NCBI GenBank assembly: GCA_026936335.1
Contig: JAPMXV010000049.1
Span: forward strand, 124,001-188,000
Length of the DNA: 64,000 nt
Reading direction: 5' to 3'
Source of the DNA: Mantamonas sphyraenae STR306
Taxonomy: Eukaryota > Protista > CRuMs
Shown: positions 57,311-64,000 of the stretch, piece by piece
How positions within the stretch are numbered: the first letter of the stretch is position 1
Layout of the letters: each line of letters opens with the position of its first letter
Program-made: the position numbers and the translations under genes
The notes under the pieces: model-generated
What the model was told of the DNA's origin: nothing
Seen by the model: only the letters and a program-made list of their open reading frames with translations
The model's database searches: none

Positions 57311-58279
57311 TCAAAATCCGTTGGCCTTGTTCAGCTTCTCGATGATGTTGATGGTGCCGGTGACGGTCTGGTTGACCACCCACGACGGGATGCTACCCTT
57401 GGGGTCGCTCTGGCCAGCAAAGGTGTACGCAATGCCGTTGTCGGTCTTTTCAAAGATGTTGACGGTGCGAGTGTCTGCGCGCACGTTGCTGCTGTCCACA
57501 GGGGCCTTTTCGTGCTCCACCGAAGCCTGCACAATGACGAGCTTGTCATCGCCCTCGGAGAATTTGCTGTGAGTAGTTGGATGGGCCAACGCACGTGTGT
57601 GGTGTCAGCACGGGGCGACCAAAGGGAGATGTGGCCGAGAGGGGGTTGCCGGGACTCGCACGTGGCTCCCAACGTACTTTGTGGCCACCACACAGAACTC
57701 GCGGGCGCTGATCATGAAACCGGGTGCTGCAAAGACGGCAGTGAGCGGGTAAATGCAGACACAGCAAGTGCGTGAGGCCGGTGGAGAGTCAGCAAAAGAA
57801 GGGTCACGGAAAGGGGGCAGTGGAAAAAGGGGGTGCGCAGCGCAAAGACACGTCAACAAGGAAACGGCGGACAGATACGGAGAGAGAGACAGAGAGAGAG
57901 AGAGAGAGGCGCACACAGACAAAACACACACATGTAGCTTACCCTTCATGACTGAGTGGTTGATCCTGGTGTTCTCGTCCACCTCCTCGACCGTCTTGAA
58001 GGAGGTGTAGCCGTCGTCCCACTCGCAGCGCTCGTCTGCGTTCCACAGCTTCTCAAAGGGCTGGGTGGGCATATCGCCCTTGAGGACACCCTTGAGCACC
58101 ACAAGGCTGCAATCGGCCAGCTCGCCGCCAGTGCTGCCGTAGCGGGCCCACAGCTTGTTGCCCTCGTCGTCCGTCTTGACCAGCTCCAGATCCTTGTTGT
58201 TCTCCGGATCGGCAATCCAGTCGTCAAAGTAAGCCTTGGTGGCATCGAGAAGTTCGGTGTAGCTGTCAGCAGAGCTCAT
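57311..58279 (-). CDS. START-domain lipid transfer protein; introns 57727-57942, 57567-57677
   Basis: RCEWD, ISAREFC, SVEHEKAP, DPKGSIPSWVVN. Confidence 0.85.
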
Positions 58280-58364
58280 GGTTCAAGTAGATTTGTGTGG
58301 GTCGTTTTGGGTGTGGAAGACGGCGCAGACAAGAGTGAAAATGAATGAACCCAACAAGACAATG

Positions 58365-59735
58365 TCACATCCATTGTGGGAGCGGAAAGCCGCCACTGCT
58401 GTTGTCCTTGGGTGAGGCGGGTACGCCTGGGGCAGCTGTGGGGATGGAAAAGAGAAAGGAACCGCAGAGGGCAAAGAGCAGGGTGGCAAGCAGCATGACA
58501 ATGGTCAACAGGTCGACTGTGGCCAACTGCTTGGATGGAATCGCCGCCCTGGAGGAGGAGGTGGTGGTGGTGGTGGTGGTGGGCAGGGCCACAGCAGCCG
58601 AGGCCGAAGTTTTGCGAGTGCGTTGCAACTGTCGTACAAGGTCAGCATTGTTGGAGGATGATGCAAGGCGGGGCCGAAGCACACCGCGATCGTCTGTGTA
58701 GGCGTTGGGAGTGGCGAGGGAGCGGTGGACGGCGGCGAGGTGAGGATGCTGTCGCTGGTAGGCGAGGATGGCCGCCAGCAGCTGGAGATATGTAAAGTCG
58801 GGCCACAGGGTTTGTACAAAGTAGAGAACGGCGTTGGAGCATTGGTAGAGAAGGAAATCGGAAAGACGCGTTTCGCCCGAGGTGCGCACGAGGAGGTCGA
58901 CGGCCGGGAGCAGGTCGCATTCCAGTTCGCGTTGCAACTGGCCGTCCAGAGCGAGGGAGGATGAATGTAAAGAGGGTGAAGCGTGCAGAACACGTTTCAT
59001 GGCAGCGGCCATTTCGTTGCGTGCGGTGTACGCAAAGCAAATGTTGAGGATGCACGCGTGGTTGTCCTGTGAAAGTTGCTCGGCGGCTTGCATAGCAGCC
59101 TTGACCCGTTCGGGTACGTCTGTGTGGTCGCCCAGAATACGGACACGCACACCATATCGCTGCACAATTTTCCTGTGGTGGCAAACACGGGTCAGCAACC
59201 TCACTCACCCTACCATCGCCATCTTGCTTCCGGTGCTTCCTCTCACGTTGGAACGCACCCTTGTTCGCTGATGGCCGTAAACTTGCGCTCTGCCAAGTCC
59301 ATGAGTGCATCGACCTCGTCCTGCGACCGCTTGTAGTTTTCCAACGAAAACGCATACACGGTGACCACTTTGACGCCCAGGTGCAGACACCATTCCAGCG
59401 TCTGCGAGCAATGGAGTTTCGGGGGCGAGGGGGCGGCATGACGTAAGCAGGAGGCGTGGGGGTTTGCGTGCACCATCCCATCCCAATGGCGACTGCCGGG
59501 CACAGAAAGACACACCACTCACCTCTTCCAATTTGTGGTAGCCCAGAGTGTGCCCTTGGATCTTTTCGATGTGGCGGGCCTTGGCAAAGCGCCGGTTGCC
59601 GTCCATGATGAAGGCGACGTGTCGCGGCACAGGCCCCTGGCGGACAATGGCCGCACCAGATCGCACCAGTGAGCTCTTCCACCAAGTGTCTAGGGTTGTG
59701 TCATGGCCACGTGTGACAAGCGGGGCAGAGGACAT
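58365..59735 (-). CDS. DHDDS: cis-prenyltransferase DHDDS/Rer2; introns 59402-59522, 59173-59258
   Basis: [55 protein letters not shown]. Confidence 0.93.
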
Positions 59736-59830
59736 GACCAAAAGGGATTGCGTTGGCGAGGCCAGCGAAACCGCCGGACGCCCCGTCACTCCCTCCTTGC
59801 AGAGAGAGCCGGTATCAACGCACAGGAAAT

Positions 59831-60691
59831 ATGGACTTGGCGGACTTTGTGGCCGGATGCACGGGTGGGATGGCCGGCGTGGTGGTGGGCCACCCCATGG
59901 ACACCGTCAAGGTTCGGATGCAGGATCCAGGCAAGGGAAGGGACTACAAGAATCTGAGGGACGTGTTGGTGTCCACAGCTCGCAACGAAGGCGTGCATGG
60001 CTTCTTCAAGGGCATGTTGAGTCCATTGGCGAGTGTGGCGGCCATGAACGCACTGCTGTTTGGGGCGTACGGGACCGCACAAAGGGCACTCCTGGGCGAG
60101 GACCAGAACAGCAAACACGACCTCACTCTGGGCCAAATCTTTGTGTGTGGCTCGTTTTCAGGCCTGGCCTGCTCCGTGGTCAGCTGTCCCTCAGAGCTGG
60201 TCAAGATCAGGCTGCAGCTTGAGAAGCATGGCACCGCACGCACGTACCGCGGCTTCTGGCACTGCCTGAGCACCATTTACCGCACAGAGGGGATGTCAGG
60301 CCTGTACCGAGGCATGAACATGACCATGATCCGGGAGACACCCGGGTATGGCATCTACTTTGTCTCATACGAGCTGTTTCGACGAGGCCTGACTCCCGAA
60401 GGCCAAAGCGTGGAGGAGCTGAGCACAGGACGGCTGCTCCTGGCTGGCGGCCTGGCTGGCATGGTCGGCTGGCTGGACTACCCCACCGACGTCATCAAGA
60501 CTCGGCTACAGGCAGACATGACGGGCAAGTACAGTGGCATTGTGGACTGCACGCGCAAACTGTGGCAGGAGGGTGGCGGACGCATCTTCTGGCGGGGTTT
60601 CCTGCCGACCATGCTGCGAGCCGCCCCGCTCAACGCAGCCACTTTCTTTGTATATGAATGGACGCTGAGTGCATTTGGAGAGGGCCAATGA
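59831..60691 (+). CDS. Mitochondrial carrier (SLC25; carnitine/basic amino acid clade)
   Basis: Three PxD/ExxKxRxQ repeats (PMDTVKVRMQ, PSELVKIRLQ, PTDVIKTRLQ); RETPGYG, RAAP. Confidence 0.92.
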   Translation: MDLADFVAGCTGGMAGVVVGHPMDTVKVRMQDPGKGRDYKNLRDVLVSTARNEGVHGFFKGMLSPLASVAAMNALLFGAYGTAQRALLGEDQNSKHDLTLGQIFVCGSFSGLACSVVSCPSELVKIRLQLEKHGTARTYRGFWHCLSTIYRTEGMSGLYRGMNMTMIRETPGYGIYFVSYELFRRGLTPEGQSVEELSTGRLLLAGGLAGMVGWLDYPTDVIKTRLQADMTGKYSGIVDCTRKLWQEGGGRIFWRGFLPTMLRAAPLNAATFFVYEWTLSAFGEGQ

Positions 60692-60759
60692 AGGAACGGC
60701 CGTCGTGAGAATGCACGCGCAGCGCCGCACCCACACATCATTCATAGCACCACGTTGCA

Positions 60760-61496
60760 ATGACCACAGCACACAGACCCACATTTGCACCGGCAGTGGG
60801 TGGAGCAGATCAGGGTGGCGCAAAGACGTATGCGCCATCTGCAAAGACGTCGGCACGAGAGCAGACGGGCCACACAAAGCTGAAGCTGAGGCAGCCGGGG
60901 CAGGGGACAAAGGCCGAGTTGGCGGCACGCGACCTCAAGGCAGACCTGCTGCTCAGGCAACGAGCTCGGGGTGACGACAGCATCAAACAGATAGCGGACA
61001 AGAGCGAGGAGGAACAATTGAAGCTGTTAGACAGCATCCAGGAGCAGGCGGCCAAACTGAGTGCATTGGATGCGGACTCGGATTCGGACGACGACGCGTC
61101 GGACAGGTAAGCCAGCGTGAACGGAGACGGGGGAAGGCTCACTCGTGGAAAGAGTGTGGAGAGACGGCGTGCTGTGTGTTGAGCAGTGTCACGGGCGTAC
61201 TCGACGGCATTGACGGGCAGCTGACACCTTGGCACGGGACACACGGGGACAGTGTTGCGGCGGGAATGGCGACGGAAGGCGCGCAGGGACAGGACGGAGA
61301 GAGCGGAGCAGACTCGGACTCAGACTCGGATTCAGATTCAGATTCGGACGACGAAGACGATGAGGCGGCGTTGATGGAAATGCTGGCCACGTTGAAGAGG
61401 GAAAAGGCAGAGGAGGAGGCACAGGCGGCGCTGGAAGCGCAGCAGGAAGAAGAACGCCAGCGTGAACAGGCAGTGCTCAAGGGAAACCCACTCCTA

Positions 61497-61532
<36 letters not shown>

Positions 61533-61688
61533 GGAGGTGGAGGCAGTTTCATGATGAAGAAACGATGGGACGATGACGTTGTGTTTAAGAATCAGGCTGC
61601 GGACGAACCGGCACACAAGAAGCGCTTCATCAACGACACCATCCGCAGCGACTACCATCGCAAGTTTCTCAACAAATACATTCAGTGA
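60760..61688 (+). CDS. CWC15: Spliceosomal protein CWC15; intron from 61107 to 61186 or 61252
   Basis: MTTAHRPTF, HTKLKLRQPGQG, GNPLLN, KRWDDDVVFKN, FINDTIRSDYHRKFLNKYI. Confidence 0.95.
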
Positions 61689-61740
61689 CACGTCGCGGTG
61701 AATTGCGAAGGGCAGCAGCACACTCAGTGAACGAGGAGGC

Positions 61741-63118
61741 TCAAACGCACCACTGCTGGCAGCAGTCTTGTTTGCTGCAGATCAGCTTCCGCCTGCCGTC
61801 TTCGCCCTTTTCGTCCCTGTGACGAAGGTTGATGTCGTCCCAGGCCACATTGTTGACGTGGGACACGGGATACTTGCCCTGCATGACCAGATCGGCCACC
61901 TCCTGCTCGTCGTGGATGCCCACCAGGCCGATGTTGGCCACTCGAGACAGCGCAGGGGTGATCTGCTTGCCTGCCATCTTGTGATGCTGGATGAGAGCCA
62001 CCAGGGAGCTGTCCCAGTCGTTGGTAGCCTCGTCAAAGAGCTTGCGGTTGTTGGCAAGTGCGTTCCAAACACTGCGGTTGAACGCGTATCCGGTGTTCAT
62101 GAAGCCTCCAAAGGTAATAAAATCGCCCACGGCGTTCTTGGTGCTGCTTTCATAGCTGCCCAGGGCTACAGTGCTCGCATCCTGCACTTTGCCTGTGTTC
62201 TTCATCACCACCAGCTTTTGCAGCGTCCGATAGAAATCCGGCGAAACTTGATGATCTTCCTCAATGAAGCACACGTCGCCTGTGTATTCCGGCAGCAGCT
62301 GTGTCCATACAAACTCCTGGATCCATATCCAGTGGGACTTGAGCGCGATCGGCGACGCGTGGCTCACCGGGGACTTGGGGTGGATGATCTGCTTGACCTG
62401 CGACACCATATGTACATCGATGCGTCAGTGGTACACTTGGACGGACTGTGTCACGCGTGCAGCACGCCTCGTATCCTCTCGGCGAGACACACGCGCGTGA
62501 CAAAACGCGCTGGACCTGGCGCGCATGAGAGGGAGCTCTGTTGCCGCCTCCACAGCGGGACACGCAGGGCAGCGACACGCCCGCAAAGCAAAGAAAGGGG
62601 AAGAGAACACGGGAGCAACCTACTTGGCAAAAGTCCACCGAGTCAACGAGCTTGAACATGCGCTCAGTGACCTTGTCGTGGGAAACAACGAGGATGGTTT
62701 CGTCGATGCCGGTGACGTTGCGCAGCGAGTCGAGCACCTGTTCAAAGTAGTGAGGACGGTCGTACACATAAATGACAATTGGAATTGTGGGGAAGGCACT
62801 GTTTGTGCGCTTGCGCGCCTGCTGCAACGTGACTTTGTCCTGATCCTTTGCAGCTCCGTTCAGATCGAACCCCATGAGCTGCAGCTTGGGAAACAGGTCC
62901 ACGTTGCGGATGCGGCTATTCGTGTTGTATAACCGTTCCACCTCATACAAAGTGTGCTCCACCCGTGTGCGCAGTCCCTCATAGAATGGCCGCCGCGGAT
63001 CATGGTGCGTAACGCGATGCAGAACGAGCACGTTCATCAGAGAGTATGCGAGAGCCAACACCAGCACGGTGCCCACGCCCACTCCCCAATGGCTTGACCT
63101 GCTCAGTCTGAGCCGCAT
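61741..63118 (-). CDS. MGAT2: Alpha-1,6-mannosyl-glycoprotein beta-1,2-GlcNAc transferase II-like (GT16); intron 62398-62623
   Basis: N-terminal TM; DRPHYF..LDSL..VSHD, DFCQ|VKQIIHP, LKSHWIW, FIEEDH..SPDF, NTGYAFNRSVW, DWD. Confidence 0.82.
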
Positions 63119-64000
63119 TTGCCGATGTGCTGGGGTGGCCCGCGCACGGCGATGGGTGCAACTCATTCCTCACACACAGCAGCAGACCGTGCCATAACCC
63201 ACCCTACCCCTCCCCACTCATCCCCACCATCGCCTACCCTTCTCCACCTCCCTCGTCTTCAACTCAACGCACACTCCACTGCCACAGAACGCCCCTTCCC
63301 CTTCACCATCATCCCTCTCTCACCCCATCAAACCATTCCATGTGCAAAGTTCCTGCAGTCGGTGTCTCCATTGCTTTTCGTTCACCTCTCTGCCTCCTTC
63401 TCAGCGGCTCTCCACAAGCTCATCCAGTGCACAGGGACCAAGTCGTCGGTAGGTCTCACTGCGAGGCTGCGGTCCGTTGCCTACAGAGCCCTTTCCCTTG
63501 TGGGCTCTGCTCCAGCAAACGTCCTCATCGCACCTCTCGATCCCCACCTGCGTCGTCTCCAAAAATGGACACCACGGGATTCCCTCTGCACTGTCTGTCT
63601 CTTGTTTTGTCTCCGCTGCTTCTTCTTCCTTCTCTTTCTCTGTACAAATCGCCTCTGTTGTTGTTGCTTGGTTGCTTTGTTCTCAGCCCACTCGTTCCGT
63701 ATCGGTGCGTCGTTCTCATGCCCAGTCCGTGAGGCGGCTTCGGGCCAGCCAAAGTCCAAGTCCGTCGAGCCACTCGCTGCGAGTGCAACACTCAAGCGTC
63801 GTGCAAGTTCCTTCAGAGCTTCCGCTTGCAAAGGTGCTCATCTGAACACACACACACACACACACGTCCATATCAAGCGTGTCCCACAGGTAGACCGTGT
63901 TCCAGTGGACTGCCATGTGTGCCTCGGCAAACAGGCTCAGGCTGCGTGCGTCTGCATGCAAGGTCCCATCCAGAAGTGGATCTCCCTGCCTGGTGGCTAA

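Noticed and set aside
57080-57910. (GAGACA)n, (GCAGTG)n and (GA)n short tandem repeats
   Set aside because: Ordinary microsatellites; no spacer structure, so not CRISPR-like
63130-64000. Possible 3' end of a minus-strand gene at the right edge
   Set aside because: No frame gives a recognisable product; the region includes a (CA)n tract and low-complexity sequence

Overview
Gene-dense, GC-rich eukaryotic (protist-like) nuclear DNA. It uses the standard genetic code and has short GT-AG introns (about 67-340 nt) and very short intergenic spacers. About 28 protein genes and 2 identical tRNA-Ser(GCT) genes can be supported. Left to right: DDX46/Prp5 (partial), EAF6, an ABCC transporter, a divergent ubiquitin-UBL fusion, an unknown multipass membrane protein, MZT1 (missing from the ORF track) head-to-head with NEDD1, a ~6 kb inverted-repeat cassette (two ~2 kb arms, each with tRNA-Ser and pirin, around eIF3m), an unknown 2-TM protein, a small acylation-motif/NPF protein, a Dictyostelium-type STAT tail-to-tail with a cAMP-receptor-like GPCR, a giant WW-UBA-UBR-HECT E3 ligase, PAP2-like, Trm3/TARBP1, LSM11, GT90, F-box, a giant coiled-coil protein, SCI1-like, Asterix, POF1-like NMNAT, ABCB7/Atm1, DUF789-like, START, DHDDS, an SLC25 carrier, CWC15 and MGAT2. 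About nine 1-2 bp frameshifts in otherwise intact genes look like consensus errors. The best leads are the inverted cassette with a strand-skew switch at its tRNAs, the STAT/cAR-like pair with a captured 60-bp copy of the E3 UBA sequence between their 3' ends, the MZT1-NEDD1 gamma-TuRC pair with E2F-like sites, and a structured RNA in eIF3m intron 2. All family assignments come from motif recognition by eye, not from database searches.
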